The position numbers were made by a program, and so were the translations under genes. From Eledone cirrhosa (lineage: Eukaryota): a DNA stretch of 64,000 nucleotides. The stretch covers positions 15,686,001-15,750,000 of the forward strand of contig OZ024766.1 of assembly GCA_964016885.1 (NCBI GenBank), given 5' to 3'. This document shows positions 37,511 to 53,000 of the stretch, piece by piece (position 1 is the stretch's first letter; each line of letters starts with the position of its first letter). The notes beneath the pieces are model-generated. The model saw nothing but the letters and a program-made list of their open reading frames with translations, had not been told where the DNA came from and did no database searches.

Positions 37511-37659
37511 TATATATATATATATATATATATGGAAAGTTATATTTAAATTGTTGGGTTACAACTAGTAAATATTTATAACTGATATAAAAGCACTCAA
37601 CAAGTATTTGGAGTATATTTACGATATTAAATAAATGGAAACTATATTTATAAAACCAT

Positions 37660-37732
37660 ATTTATTTCATTATATATATTTCAGGGATATCATATTAACA
37701 ATATGTTATGCCTTCTTCAGACAAAATACAAT
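37660..37732 (-). ncRNA. Type-I hammerhead ribozyme (H3 left arm)
   Basis: Reverse complement of 37889-37960; intact core. Confidence 0.78.
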
Positions 37733-37888
37733 ATAGACAGTTTTATAGATAAATAGATTTGACATACCGTTCAACATCGACTTGTATTTGAAAAACTGCC
37801 AAATTTGAAAGACTGCCAAATAAACTTTTTCAAATACAAGTCGATGTTGAACGGTATGTCAAATCTATTTATCTATAAAACTGTCTAT

Positions 37889-37960
37889 ATTGTATTTTGT
37901 CTGAAGAAGGCATAACATATTGTTAATATGATATCCCTGAAATATATATAATGAAATAAA
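37889..37960 (+). ncRNA. Type-I hammerhead ribozyme (H3 right arm)
   Basis: UAUUUUGU-CUGAAGA(37901-37907)-long stem II-GAAA(37939-37942)-UAUAU-AUA-AUGAAAUA. Confidence 0.8.
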
Positions 37961-37998
37961 AATGGTTTTATAAATATAGTTTCCATTTATTTAATATC

Positions 37999-38001
<3 letters not shown>

Positions 38002-38037
<36 letters not shown>

Positions 38038-38286
38038 CACATTTATATATATATATATACACACACATATATATATATACTCTCTCTCTATATATATATA
38101 TAGAGAGAGAGAGTATATGAGGACACGCACATACACACACACTCACACACACACACACATACACACACACGCACACACACACACACACATACACACACAC
38201 ACACACTTGCACACACGCACACACACATACACACACACACTTACACACACACACACACACACACATACGCACACACACATACACAC

Positions 38287-38329
<43 letters not shown>

Positions 38330-38437
38330 CACACGCACACACACACATACACACACTTACACACACACACACTTACACACACACGCACACACACACATAC
38401 GCACACACACACACACAAACACGCACACACACACACG

Positions 38438-38484
<47 letters not shown>

Positions 38485-38520
38485 ACACGCAAACACACAT
38501 ACACACACACTTACACACAC

Positions 38521-38558
<38 letters not shown>

Positions 38559-38739
38559 GCACACACACATACACGCACATACACACACACTCACACACAC
38601 ACTTACGCGCGGACGCACACGCACGCACACATACACATACGCACACACACACACACACACTTGCACACACGCACACACACATACACACACGCACACACAC
38701 ACGCACGCACACACAAACACACGCACACGCACACACACA
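38002..38739. repeat. (TA)n then (CA)n-rich microsatellite
   Basis: Direct reading. Confidence 0.95.
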
Positions 38740-38787
38740 AGGCAGGCAAGCCTTGGCGAACATATCAAGTGCTTAACTTCAAACAGT

Positions 38788-38845
38788 AACATGGCCGTTG
38801 TAAGATGGCGGACGACGAGACGAAAAAACGGGTGTCGCCATCATT
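38788..38845. promoter_or_regulatory. Cluster of YY1-like ATGGC motifs in a small unique CpG-containing island
   Basis: AACATGGCCG 38788, AAGATGGCGG 38802, CGCCATC 38836; motif match only. Confidence 0.3.
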
Positions 38846-38871
38846 ATTTTGTAGCGTGTATGGCTGAGACA

Positions 38872-41023
38872 TGGTGTGGTGTGGTGTGGTGTGGTGTGGT
38901 GTAGTGTGGTGTGGTGTGGTGTAGTTTAGTGTGGTGTAGTGTAGTGTGGTGTGGTGTGGTGTGGTGTGGTGTGGTGTGGTGTGGTGTAGTGTGGTGTAGT
39001 GTGGTGTGGTGGGGTGTGGTGTAGTGTAGTGTGGTGTGGTGTGGTGTGGTGTAGTGTGGTGTGGTGTAGTGTAGTGTGGTGTGGTGTGGTGTGGTGTAGT
39101 GTGGTGTGGTGTGGTGTAGTGTGGTGTAGTGTGGTGTGGTGTGGTGTGGTGTAGTGTGGTGTGGTGTGGTGTGGTGTGGTGTAGTGTGGTGTGGTGTGGT
39201 GTGGTGTGGTGTGGTGTAGTGTGGTGTGGTGTGGTGTAGTTTAGTGTGGTGTGGTGTAGAGTGGTGTGGTGTGGTGTAGTGTGGTGTAGTGTGGTGTGGT
39301 GGGGTGTGGTGTAGTGTAGTGTGGTGTGGTGTGGTGTGGTGTGGTGGGGTGTGGTGTAGTGTAGTGTGGTGTGGTGTGGTGTAGTGTGGTGTGGTGTAGA
39401 GTGGTGTGGTGTGGTGTAGTGTGGTGTGGTGTGGTGTGGTGTGGTGTAGTGTGGTGTGGTGTGGTGTGGTGTGGTGTGGTGTAGTGTGGTGTGGTGTGGT
39501 GTAGTTTAGTGTGGTGTGGTGTAGAGTGGTGTGGTGTGGTGTAGTGTGGTGTAGTGTGGTGTGGTGGGGTGTGGTGTAGTGTAGTGTGGTGTGGTGTGGT
39601 GTGGTGTGGTGGGGTGTGGTGTAGTGTAGTGTGGTGTGGTGTGGTGTGGTGTAGTGTGGTGTGGTGTGGTGTAGTGTGGTGTGGTGTGGTGTAGTTTAGT
39701 GTGGTGTAGTGTAGTGTGGTGTGGTGTGGTGTGGTGTAGAGTGGTGTGGTGTGGTGTAGTGTGGTGTAGTGTGGTGTGGTGGGGTGTGGTGTAGTGTAGT
39801 GTGGTGTGGTGTGGTGTGGTGTAGTGTGGTGTGGTGTAGTGTAGTGTGGTGTGGTGTGGTGTGGTGTAGTGTGGTGTGGTGTGGTGTAGTGTGGTGTAGT
39901 GTGGTGTGGTGTGGTGTGGTGTAGTGTGGTGTGGTGTGGTGTAGTTTAGTGTGGTGTAGTGTAGTGTGGTGTGGTGTGGTGTGGTGTAGAGTGGTGTGGT
40001 GTGGTGTAGTGTGGTGTAGTGTGGTGTGGTGGGGTGTGGTGTAGTGTAGTGTGGTGTGGTGTGGTGTGGTGTAGTGTGGTGTGGTGTGGTGTAGTGTGGT
40101 GTGGTGGGGTGTGGTGTGGTGTAGTGTGGTGTGGTGGGGTGTGGTGTATTGTGGTGTGGTGTGGTGTGGTGTAGTGTGGTGTAGTGTGGTGTAGTGTGGT
40201 GTGGTGGGGTGTGGTGTGGTGTGGTGTAGTGTGGTGTGGTGGGGTGTGGTGTGGTGTAGAGTGGTGTGGTGTGGTGTGGTGTGGTGTGGTGTAGTTTAGT
40301 GTGGTGTAGTGTAGTGTGGTGTGGTGTGGTGTGGTGTAGTGTGGTGTGGTGTGGTGTAGTGTGGTGTGGTGTGGTGTAGTTTAGTGTGGTGTGGTGTGGT
40401 GTGGTGTAGTTTAGTGTGGTGTAGTGTAGTGTGGTGTGGTGTGGTGTGGTGTGGTGTGGTGTAGTGTGGTGTAGTGTGGTGTGGTGTGGTGGGGTGTGGT
40501 GTGGTGTGGTGTAGTTTAGTGTGGTGTAGTGTAGTGTGGTGTGGTGTGGTGTAGAGTGGTGTGGTGTGGTGTAGTGTGGTGTAGTGTGGTGTGGTGGGGT
40601 GTGGTGGGGTGTGGTGTAGTGTGGTGTGGTGGGGTGTGGTGTGGTGTGGTGTGGTGTGGTGTAGTGTGGTGTGGTGTGGTGTAGTGTGGTGTAGTGTGGT
40701 GTTGTGGGGTGTGGTGTGGTGTGGTGTAGTGTGGTGTGGTGGGGTGTGGGGTGGTGTGGTGTGGTGGGGTGTGGTGTGGTGTGGTGTAGTGTGGTGTAGT
40801 GTGGTGTGGTGTAGTGTGGTGTGGTGTGGTGTGGTGTAGTGTAGTGTTGTGTGGTGTTGTTTGGTTTGGTGAAGTGTGGTGGTGTGTAGTGTGGTGTAGT
40901 GTAGTGTAGTGTGGTGTGGTGTGGTGTAGTGTGGTGTGGTGTAGTGTGGTGTGGTGTGGTGTAGTGTGGTGTAGTGTGGTTTAGTGTAGTGTGGTGTGGT
41001 GTGGTGTGGTGTGGTGTGGTGTG
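38872..41023. repeat. (GTGGT/GTAGT)n pentanucleotide array, ~2.15 kb
   Basis: Direct reading; abuts the 65-bp satellite. Confidence 0.97.
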
Positions 41024-44000
41024 GTATTAGTGGCTATCAGACATAGTGTATCTAGGACTACATTATCTAATGTTCAGTACAGTAGTTAGTATTAGTGGCT
41101 ATCAGACATAGTGTATCTAGGACTACATTATCTAATGTACAGTACAGTAGTTAGTATTAGTGGCTATCAGACATAGTATAACTAGGACTACATTATCTAA
41201 TGTACAGTACAGTAGTTAGTATTAGTGGCTATCAGACATAGTGTATCTAGGACTACGTTATCTACTGTACAGTACAGTAGTTAGTATTAGTGGCTATCAG
41301 ACATAGTGTATCTAGGACTACATTATCTAATGTACAGTACAGTAGTTAGTATTAGTGGCAATCAGACATAGTGTATCTAGGACTACATTATCTAATGTAC
41401 AGTACAGTAGTTAGTATTAGTGGCTATCAGACATAGTGTACCTAGGACTACATTATCTAATGTACAGTACAGAAGTTAGTATTAGTGGCTATCAGACATA
41501 GTGTACCTAGGACTACATTATCTAATGTACAGTACAGTAGTTAGTATTAGGGGCTATCAGACATAGTGTATCTAGGACTACATTATCTAATGTACAGTAC
41601 AGTAGTTAGTATTAGTGGCTATCTAACATAGCGTATCTAGGACTACATTATCTAATGTATAGTACAGTAGTTAGTATTAGTGGCTATCAGACATAGTATA
41701 TCTCGGACTACATTATCTAATGTACAGTACAGTAGTTAGTATTAGTGGCTATCAGACATAGTATATCTAGGACTACATTATCTAATGTACAGTACAGTAG
41801 TTAGTATTAGTGGCTATCAGACATAGTGTATCTAGGACTACATTATCTAATGTACAGTACAGTAGTTAGTATTAGTGGCTATCAGACATAGTATTTCTAG
41901 GACTACATTATACAATCTACAGTACAGTAGTTAGTATTAGTGTCTATCAGATATAGTATATCTAGGACTACATTATATAATGTACAGTACAGTAGTTAGT
42001 ATTAGTGGCTATCAGACATAGTGTATCTAGGACTACATTATCTAATGTACAGTACAGTAGTTAGTATTAGTGACTATCAGACATAGTATATCTAGGACTA
42101 CATTATATAATGTACAGTACAGTAGTTAGTATTAGCGGCTATCAGACATAGTGTATCTAGGACTACACTATCTAATGTACAGTACAGTAGTTAGTATTAG
42201 TGGCTATCTGACTTAGTGTATCTAGGACTACATTATCTAATGTACAGTAGTTAGTATTAGTGGCTATCAGACATAGTGTATCTAGGACTACACTATCTAA
42301 TGTACAGTACAGTAGTTAGTATTAGTGGCAATCAGACATAGTGTATCTAGGACTACATTATCTAATGTACAGTACAGTAGTTAGTATTAGTGGCTATGAG
42401 ACATAGTGTATCTAGGACTACATTATCTAATGTACAGTACAGTAGTTAGTATTAGTGGCTATCAGACATGGTATATCTAGGACTACATTATCTAATGTAC
42501 AGTACAGTAGTTAGTATTAGTGGCAATCAGACATAGTGTATCTAGAACTACACTATCTAATGTACAGTACAGTAGTTAGTATTAGTGACTATCAGACATA
42601 GTGTATCGAGGACTACATTATATAATGTACAGTACAGTAGTTAGTATTAGTGGCAATCAGACATAGTGTATCAAGGACTACATTATCTAATATACAGTAC
42701 AGTAGTTAGTATTAGTGGCAATCAGACATAGTGTATCTAGGACTACATTATCTAATGTACAGTACAGTAGTTAGTATTAGTGGCTATCAGACATAGTCTA
42801 TCTAGGACTACATTATCTAATGTACAGTACAGTAGTTAGTATTAGTGGCAATCAGACATAGTGTATCTAGGACTACATTATATAATGTACAGTACAGTAG
42901 TTAGTATTAGTGGCTATCAGAGATAGTGTATCTAGGACTACATTACCTAATGTACAGTACAGTAGTTAGTATTAGTGGCAATCAGACATAGTATATCTAG
43001 GACTACATTATCTAATGTACAGTACAGTAGTTAGTATTAGTGGCTATCAGACATAGTGTATCTAGGACTACATTATCTAATGTACAGTACAGTAGTTAGT
43101 AATAGTGGCTATCAGACATAGTGTTACTAAGACTACATTATCTAATGTACAGTACAGTAGTTAGTATTAGTGGCTATCAGACATAGTGTATCTAGGAGTA
43201 CATTATCTAAAGTACAGTACAGTAGTTAGTATTAGTGGCTATCAGACATAGTATATCTAGGACTACATTATCTAATGTACAGTACAGTAGTTAGTATTAG
43301 TGGCAATCAGACATAGTGTATCTAGAACTACACTATCTAATGTACAGTACAGTAGTTAGTATTAGTGACTATCAGACATAGTGTATCTAGGACTGCATTA
43401 TCTAATGTACAGTACAGTAGTTAGTATTAGTGGCTACCAGACATAGTGTATCTAGGACTACATTATCTAATGTACAGTACAGTAGTTAGTATTAGTGGCT
43501 ATCAGACATAGTGTATCGAGGACTACATTATCTAATATACAGTACAGTAGTTAGTATTAGTGGCAAGCAGACATAGTGTATCTAGGACTACATTATCTAA
43601 TGTACAGTACAGTAGTTAGTATTAGTGGCAATCAGACATAGTATATCTAGAACTACATTATCTAATGTACAGTACAGTAGTTAGTATTAGTGGCTATCAG
43701 ACATAGTGTATCTAGGACTACATTATCTAATGTACAGTACAGTAGTTAGTATTAGTGGCTATCAGACATAGTGTATCTAGGACTACATTATCTAATGTAC
43801 AGTACAGTATTTAGTATTAGTGGCAATCAGACATAGTATATCTAGGACTACATTATCTAATGTACAGTACAGTAGTTAGTATTAGTGGCTATCAGACATA
43901 GTGTATCTAGGACTGCATTATCTAATGTACAGTACAGTAGTTAGTATTAGTGGCTATCAGACATAGTATATCTAGGACTACATTATCTAATGTACAGTAC

Positions 44001-47000
44001 AGTAGTTAGTATAGTGGCTATCAGACATAGTATATCTAGGACTACATTATCTAATGTACAGTACAGTAGTTAGTATTAGTGGCTATCAGACATAGTATAT
44101 CTAGGACTCCATTATCTAATGTACAGTACAGTAGTTAGTAGTAGTGGCTATGAGACATAGTGTATCTAGGACTACATTATCTAATGTACAGTACAGTAGT
44201 TAGTATTAGTGGCTATCAGACATAGTATATCTAGGACTACATTATCTAATGTACAGTACAGTAGTTAGTATTAGTGGCTATCAGACATTATATATCTAGG
44301 ACTACATTATCTAATGTACAGTACAGTAGTTAGTATTAGTGGCTATCAGACATAGTGTATCTAGGACTACGTTATCTAATGTACAGTACAGTAGTTAGTA
44401 TTAGTGGCTACCAGACATAGTGTATCTAGGACTACATTATCTAATATACAGTACAGTAGTTAGTATTAGTGGCTATCAGACATAGTATATCTAGGACTAC
44501 ATTATCTAATGTACAGTACAGTAGTTAGTATTAGTGGCAATCAGACATAGTGTATCTAGGACTACATTATCTAATGTACAGTACAGTAGTTAGTATTAGT
44601 GGCAATCAGACATAGTATATCTAGGACTACATTATCTAATGTACAGTACAGTAGTTAGTATTAGTGGCTATCAGACATAGTGTACCTAGGATTACATTAT
44701 CTAATGTACAGTACAGTAGTTAGTATTAGTGGCTACCAGACATAGTGTATCTAGGACTACATTATCTAATGTACAGTACAGTAGTTAGTATTAGTGGCTA
44801 TCAGACATAGTATATCTAGGACTACATTATCTAATGTACAGTACAGTAGTTAGTATTAGTGGCAATCAGACATAGTGTATCTAGAACTACACTATCTAAT
44901 GTACAGTACAGTAGTTAGTATTAGTGACTATCAGACATAGTGTATCTAGGACTGCATTATCTAATGTACAGTACAGTAGTTAGTATTAGTGGCTATCAGA
45001 CATAGTGTACCTAGGACTACATTATCTAATGTACAGTATAGTAGTTAGTATTAGTGGCTATCAGACATAGTGTATCTAGGACTACATTATCTAATGTATA
45101 GTACAGTAGTTTGTATTAGTGGCTATCAGACATAGTGTATCTAGGACTACATTATCTAATGTACAGTACAGTAGTTAGTATTAGTGGCTATCAGACATAG
45201 TGTATCTAGGACTACATTATCTAATGTACAGTACAGTAGTTAGTATTAGTGGCTATCAGACATAGTGTATCTAGGACTACATTATCTAATGTACAGTACA
45301 GTAGTTAGTATTAGTAGCTATCAGACATAGTGTATCTAGGACTACATTATCTAATGTACAGTACAGTAGTTAGTATTAGTGTCAATCAGACATAGTATAT
45401 CTAGAACTACATTATCTAATGTACAGTACAGTAGTTAGTATTAGTGGCTATCAGACATAGTGTATCTAGGACTACATTATCTAATGTACAGTACAGTAGT
45501 TAGTATTAGTGTCTACCAGACATAGTGTATCTAGGACTACATTATCTAATGTACAGTACAGTAGTTAGTATAAGTGGCTATCAGACATAGTGTATCTAGG
45601 ACTACATTATCTAATGTACAGTACAGTAGTTAGTATTAGTGGCTATCAGACATAGTGTATCTAGGACTACACTATCTAATGTACAGTACAGTAGTTAGTA
45701 TTAGTGACTATCAGACATAGTGTATCTAGGACTGCATTATCTAATGTACAGTACAGTGGTTAGTATTAGTGGCTATCAGACATAGTGTACCTAGGACTAC
45801 ATTATCTAATGTACAGTATAGTAGTTAGTATTAGTGGCTATCAGACATAGTGTATCTAGGACTACATTATCTAATGTATAGTACAGTAGTTTGTATTAGT
45901 GGCTATCAGACATAGTGTATCTAGGACTACATTATCTAATGTACAGTACAGTAGTTAGTATTAGTGGCTATCAGACATAGTGTATCTAGGACTACATTAT
46001 ATAATGTACAGTACAGTAGTTAGTATTAGTGGCTATCAGACATAGTGTATCTAGGACTACGTTATCTACTGTACAGTACAGTAGTTAGTATTAGTGGCTA
46101 TCAGACATAGTGTATCTAGGACTACATTATCTAATGTACAGTACAGTAGTTAGTATTAGTGGCAATCAGACATAGTGTATCTAGGACTACATTATCTAAT
46201 GTACAGTACAGTAGTTAGTATTAGTGGCTATCAGACATAGTGTACCTAGGACTACATTATCTAATGTACAGTACAGAAGTTAGTATTAGTGGCTATCAGA
46301 CATAGTGTACCTAGGACTACATTATCTAATGTACAGTACAGTAGTTAGTATTAGGGGCTATCAGACATAGTATATCTAGGACTACATTATCTAATGTACA
46401 GTACAGTAGTTAGTATTAGGGGCTATCAGACATAGTGTATCTAGGACTACATTATATAATGTACAGTACAGGAGTTAGTATTAGTGGCTATCAGAGATAG
46501 TGTATCTAGGACTACATTATCTAATGTACAGTACAGTAGTTAGTATTAGTGGCTATCTAACATAGCGTATCTAGGACTACATTATCTAATGTATAGTACA
46601 GTAGTTAGTATTAGTGGCTATCAGACATAGTATATCTCGGACTACATTATCTAATGTACAGTACAGTAGTTAGTATTAGTGGCTATCAGACATAGTATAT
46701 CTAGGACTACATTATCTAATGTACAGTACAGTAGTTAGTATTAGTGGCTATCAGACATAGTGTATCTAGGACTACATTATCTAATGTACAGTACAGTAGT
46801 TAGTATTAGTGGCTATCAGACATAGTATTTCTAGGACTACATTATACAATCTACAGTACAGTAGTTAGTATTAGTGTCTATCAGATATAGTATATCTAGG
46901 ACTACATTATATAATGTACAGTACAGTAGTTAGTATTAGTGGCTATCAGACATAGTGTATCTAGGACTACATTATCTAATGTACAGTACAGTAGTTAGTA

Positions 47001-50000
47001 TTAGTGACTATCAGACATAGTATATCTAGGACTACATTATATAATGTACAGTACAGTAGTTAGTATTAGCGGCTATCAGACATAGTGTATCTAGGACTAC
47101 ACTATCTAATGTACAGTACAGTAGTTAGTATTAGTGGCTATCTGACTTAGTGTATCTAGGACTACATTATCTAATGTACAGTACAGTAGTTAGTATTAGT
47201 GGCTATCAGACATAGTGTATCTAGGACTACACTATCTAATGTACAGTACAGTAGTTAGTATTAGTGGCAATCAGACATAGTGTATCTAGGACTACATTAT
47301 CTAATGTACAGTACAGTAGTTAGTATTAGTGGCTATGAGACATAGTGTATCTAGGACTACATTATCTAATGTACAGTACAGTAGTTAGTATTAGTGGCTA
47401 TCAGACATAGTATATCTAGGACTACATTATCTAATGTACAGTACAGTAGTTAGTATTAGTGGCAATCAGACATAGTGTATCTAGAACTACACTATCTAAT
47501 GTACAGTACAGTAGTTAGTATTAGTGACTATCAGACATAGTGTATCGAGGACTACATTATCTAATGTACAGTACAGTAGTTAGTATTAGTGGCAATCAGA
47601 CATAGTGTATCAAGGACTACATTATCTAATATACAGTACAGTAGTTAGTATTAGTGGCAATCAGACATAGTGTACCTAGGACTACATTATCTAATGTACA
47701 GTACAGTAGTTAGTATTAGTGGCTATCAGACATAGTCTATCTAGGACTACATTATCTAATGTACAGTACAGTAGTTAGTATTAGTGGCAATCAGACATAG
47801 TGTATCTAGGACTACATTATATAATGTACAGTACAGTAGTTAGTATTAGTGGCTATCAGAGATAGTGTATCTAGGACTACATTACCTAATGTACAGTACA
47901 GTAGTTAGTATTAGTGGCAATCAGACATAGTATATCTAGGACTACATTATCTAATGTACAGTACAGTAGTTAGTATTAGTGGCTATCAGACATAGTGTAT
48001 CTAGGACTACATTATCTAATGTACAGTACAGTAGTTAGTAATAGTGGCTATCAGACATAGTGTTACTAGGACTACATTATCTAATGTACAGTACAGTAGT
48101 TAGTATTAGTGGCTATCAGACATAGTGTATCTAGGACTACATTATCTAATGTACAGTACAGTAGTTAGTATTAGTGGCTATCAGACATAGTATATCTAGG
48201 ACTACATTATCTAATGTACAGTACAGTAGTTAGTATTAGTGGCAATCAGACATAGTGTATCTAGAACTACACTATCTAATGTACAGTACAGTAGTTAGTA
48301 TTAGTGACTATCAGACATAGTGTATCTAGGACTGCATTATCTAATGTACAGTACAGTAGTTAGTATTAGTGGCTACCAGACATAGTGTATCTAGGACTAC
48401 ATTATCTAATGTACAGTACAGTAGTTAGTATTAGTGGCTATCAGACATAGTGTATCGAGGACTACATTATCTAATATACAGTACAGTAGTTAGTATTAGT
48501 GGCAAGCAGACATAGTGTATCTAGGACTACATTATCTAATGTACAGTACAGTAGTTAGTATTAGTGGCAATCAGACATAGTATATCTAGAACTACATTAT
48601 CTAATGTATAGTACAGTAGTTAGTATTAGTGGCTATCAGACATAGTGTATCTAGGACTACATTATCTAATGTACAGTACAGTAGTTAGTATTAGTGGCTA
48701 TCAGACATAGTGTATCTAGGACTACATTATCTAATGTACAGTACAGTATTTAGTATTAGTGGCAATCAGACATAGTATATCTAGGACTACATTATCTAAT
48801 GTACAGTACAGTAGTTAGTATTAGTGGCTATCAGACATAGTATATCTAGGACTACATTATCTAATGTACAGTACAGTAGTTAGTATTAGTGGCTATCAGA
48901 CATAGTATATCTAGGACTCCATTATCTAATGTACAGTACAGTAGTTAGTAGTAGTGGCTATGAGACATAGTGTATCTAGGACTACATTATCTAATGTACA
49001 GTACTGTAGTTAGTATTAGTGGCTATCAGACATAGTATATCTAGGACTACATTATCTAATGTACAGTACAGTAGTTAGTATTAGTGGCTATCAGACATTA
49101 TATATCTAGGACTACATTATCTAATGTACAGTACAGTAGTTAGTATTAGTGGCTATCAGACATAGTGTATCTAGGACTACGTTATCTAATGTACAGTACA
49201 GTAGTTAGTATTAGTGGCTACCAGACATAGTGTATCTAGGACTACATTATCTAATGTACAGTACAGTAGTTAGTATTAGTGGCTATCAGACATAGTATAT
49301 CTAGGACTACATTATCTAATGTACAGTACAGTAGTTAGTATTAGTGGCAATCAGACATAGTGTATCTAGGACTACATTATCTAATGTACAGTACAGTAGT
49401 TAGTATTAGTGGCAATCAGACATAGTATATCTAGGACTACATTATCTAATGTACAGTACAGTAGTTAGTATTAGTGGCTATCAGACATAGTGTACCTAGG
49501 ATTACATTATCTAATGTACAGTACAGTAGTTAGTATTAGTGGCTACCAGACATAGTGTATCTAGGACTACATTATCTAATGTACAGTACAGTAGTTAGTA
49601 TTAGTGGCTATCAGACATAGTATATCTAGGACTACATTATCTAATGTACAGTACAGTAGTTAGTATTAGTGGCAATCAGACATAGTGTATCTAGAACTAC
49701 ACTATCTAATGTACAGTACAGTAGTTAGTATTAGTGACTATCAGACATAGTGTATCTAGGACTGCATTATCTAATGTACAGTACAGTAGTTAGTATTAGT
49801 GGCTATCAGACATAGTGTACCTAGGACTACATTATCTAATGTACAGTATAGTAGTTAGTATTAGTGGCTATCAGACATAGTGTATCTAGGACTACATTAT
49901 CTAATGTATAGTACAGTAGTTTGTATTAGTGGCTATCAGACATAGTGTATCTTGGACTACATTATCTAATGTACAGTACAGTAGTTAGTATTAGTGGCTA

Positions 50001-53000
50001 TCAGACATAGTGTACCTAGGATTACATTATCTAATGTACAGTACAGTAGTTAGTATTAGTGTCTACCAGACATAGTGTATCTAGGACTACATTATCTAAT
50101 GTACAGTACAGTAGTTAGTATTAGTGGCTATCAGACATAGTATATCTAGGACTACATTATCTAATGTACAGTACAGTAGTTAGTATTAGTGGCAATCAGA
50201 CATAGTGTATCTAGAACTACACTATCTAATGTACAGTACAGTAGTTAGTATTAGTGACTATCAGACATAGTGTATCTAGGACTGCATTATCTAATGTACA
50301 GTACAGTAGTTAGTATTAGTGGCTATCAGACATAGTGTACCTAGGACTACATTATCTAATGTACAGTATAGTAGTTAGTATTAGTGGCTATCAGACATAG
50401 TGTATCTAGGACTACATTATCTAATGTATAGTACAGTAGTTTGTATTAGTGGCTATCAGACATAGTGTATCTTGGACTACATTATCTAATGTACAGTACA
50501 GTAGTTAGTATTAGTGGCTATCAGACATAGTGTATCTAGGACTACATTATCTAATGTACAGTACAGTAGTTAGTATTAGTGGCTATCAGACATAGTGTAT
50601 CTAGGACTACATTATCTAATGTACAGTACAGTAGTTAGTATTAGTAGCTATCAGACATAGTGTATCTAGGACTACATTATCTAATGTACAGTACAGTAGT
50701 TAGTATTAGTGTCAATCAGACATAGTATATCTAGAACTACATTATCTAATGTACAGTACAGTAGTTAGTATTAGTGGCTATCAGACATAGTGTATCTAGG
50801 ACTACATTATCTAATGTACAGTACAGTAGTTAGTATTAGTGGCTATCAGACATAGTGTACCTAGGACTACATTATCTAATGTACAGTATAGTAGTTAGTA
50901 TTAGTGGCTATCAGACATAGTGTATCTAGGACTACATTATCTAATGTATAGTACAGTAGTTTGTATTAGTGGCTATCAGACATAGTGTATCTTGGACTAC
51001 ATTATCTAATGTACAGTACAGTAGTTAGTATTAGTGGCTATCAGACATAGTGTATCTAGGACTACATTATCTAATGTACAGTACAGTAGTTAGTATTAGT
51101 GGCTATCAGACATAGTGTATCTAGGACTACATTATCTAATGTACAGTACAGTAGTTAGTATTAGTAGCTATCAGACATAGTGTATCTAGGACTACATTAT
51201 CTAATGTACAGTACAGTAGTTAGTATTAGTGTCAATCAGACATAGTATATCTAGAACTACATTATCTAATGTACAGTACAGTAGTTAGTATTAGTGGCTA
51301 TCAGACATAGTATATCTCGGACTACATTATCTAATGTACAGTACAGTAGTTAGTATTAGTGGCTATCAGACATAGTATATCTAGGACTACATTATCTAAT
51401 GTACAGTACAGTAGTTAGTATTAGTGGCTATCAGACATAGTGTATCTAGGACTACATTATCTAATGTACAGTACAGTAGTTAGTATTAGTGGCTATCAGA
51501 CATAGTATTTCTAGGACTACATTATACAATCTACAGTACAGTAGTTAGTATTAGTGTCTATCAGATATAGTATATCTAGGACTACATTATATAATGTACA
51601 GTACAGTAGTTAGTATTAGTGGCTATCAGACATAGTGTATCTAGGACTACATTATCTAATGTACAGTACAGTAGTTAGTATTAGTGACTATCAGACATAG
51701 TATATCTAGGACTACATTATATAATGTACAGTACAGTAGTTAGTATTAGCGGCTATCAGACATAGTGTATCTAGGACTACACTATCTAATGTACAGTACA
51801 GTAGTTAGTATTAGTGGCTATCTGACTTAGTGTATCTAGGACTACATTATCTAATGTACAGTACAGTAGTTAGTATTAGTGGCTATCAGACATAGTGTAT
51901 CTAGGACTACACTATCTAATGTACAGTACAGTAGTTAGTATTAGTGGCAATCAGACATAGTGTATCTAGGACTACATTATCTAATGTACAGTACAGTAGT
52001 TAGTATTAGTGGCTATGAGACATAGTGTATCTAGGACTACATTATCTAATGTACAGTACAGTAGTTAGTATTAGTGGCTATCAGACATAGTATATCTAGG
52101 ACTACATTATCTAATGTACAGTACAGTAGTTAGTATTAGTGGCAATCAGACATAGTGTATCTAGAACTACACTATCTAATGTACAGTACAGTAGTTAGTA
52201 TTAGTGACTATCAGACATAGTGTATCGAGGACTACATTATCTAATGTACAGTACAGTAGTTAGTATTAGTGGCAATCAGACATAGTGTATCAAGGACTAC
52301 ATTATCTAATATACAGTACAGTAGTTAGTATTAGTGGCAATCAGACATAGTGTACCTAGGACTACATTATCTAATGTACAGTACAGTAGTTAGTATTAGT
52401 GGCTATCAGACATAGTCTATCTAGGACTACATTATCTAATGTACAGTACAGTAGTTAGTATTAGTGGCAATCAGACATAGTGTATCTAGGACTACATTAT
52501 ATAATGTACAGTACAGTAGTTAGTATTAGTGGCTATCAGAGATAGTGTATCTAGGACTACATTACCTAATGTACAGTACAGTAGTTAGTATTAGTGGCAA
52601 TCAGACATAGTATATCTAGGACTACATTATCTAATGTACAGTACAGTAGTTAGTATTAGTGGCTATCAGACATAGTGTATCTAGGACTACATTATCTAAT
52701 GTACAGTACAGTAGTTAGTAATAGTGGCTATCAGACATAGTGTTACTAGGACTACATTATCTAATGTACAGTACAGTAGTTAGTATTAGTGGCTATCAGA
52801 CATAGTGTATCGAGGACTACATTATCTAATATACAGTACAGTAGTTAGTATTAGTGGCAAGCAGACATAGTGTATCTAGGACTACATTATCTAATGTACA
52901 GTACAGTAGTTTGTATTAGTGGCAATCAGACATAGTATATCTAGAACTACATTATCTAATGTACAGTACAGTAGTTAGTATTAGTGGCTATCAGACATAG

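Larger units (their letters stand above)
37533..38001. mobile_element. Palindromic non-coding mini-element H3 (~176-bp arms, 30-nt loop) with a hammerhead on each strand
   Basis: 37620-37795 is the near-perfect reverse complement of 37826-38001; loop holds CTGCCAAAT twice; flanked by (TA)n. Confidence 0.85.
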
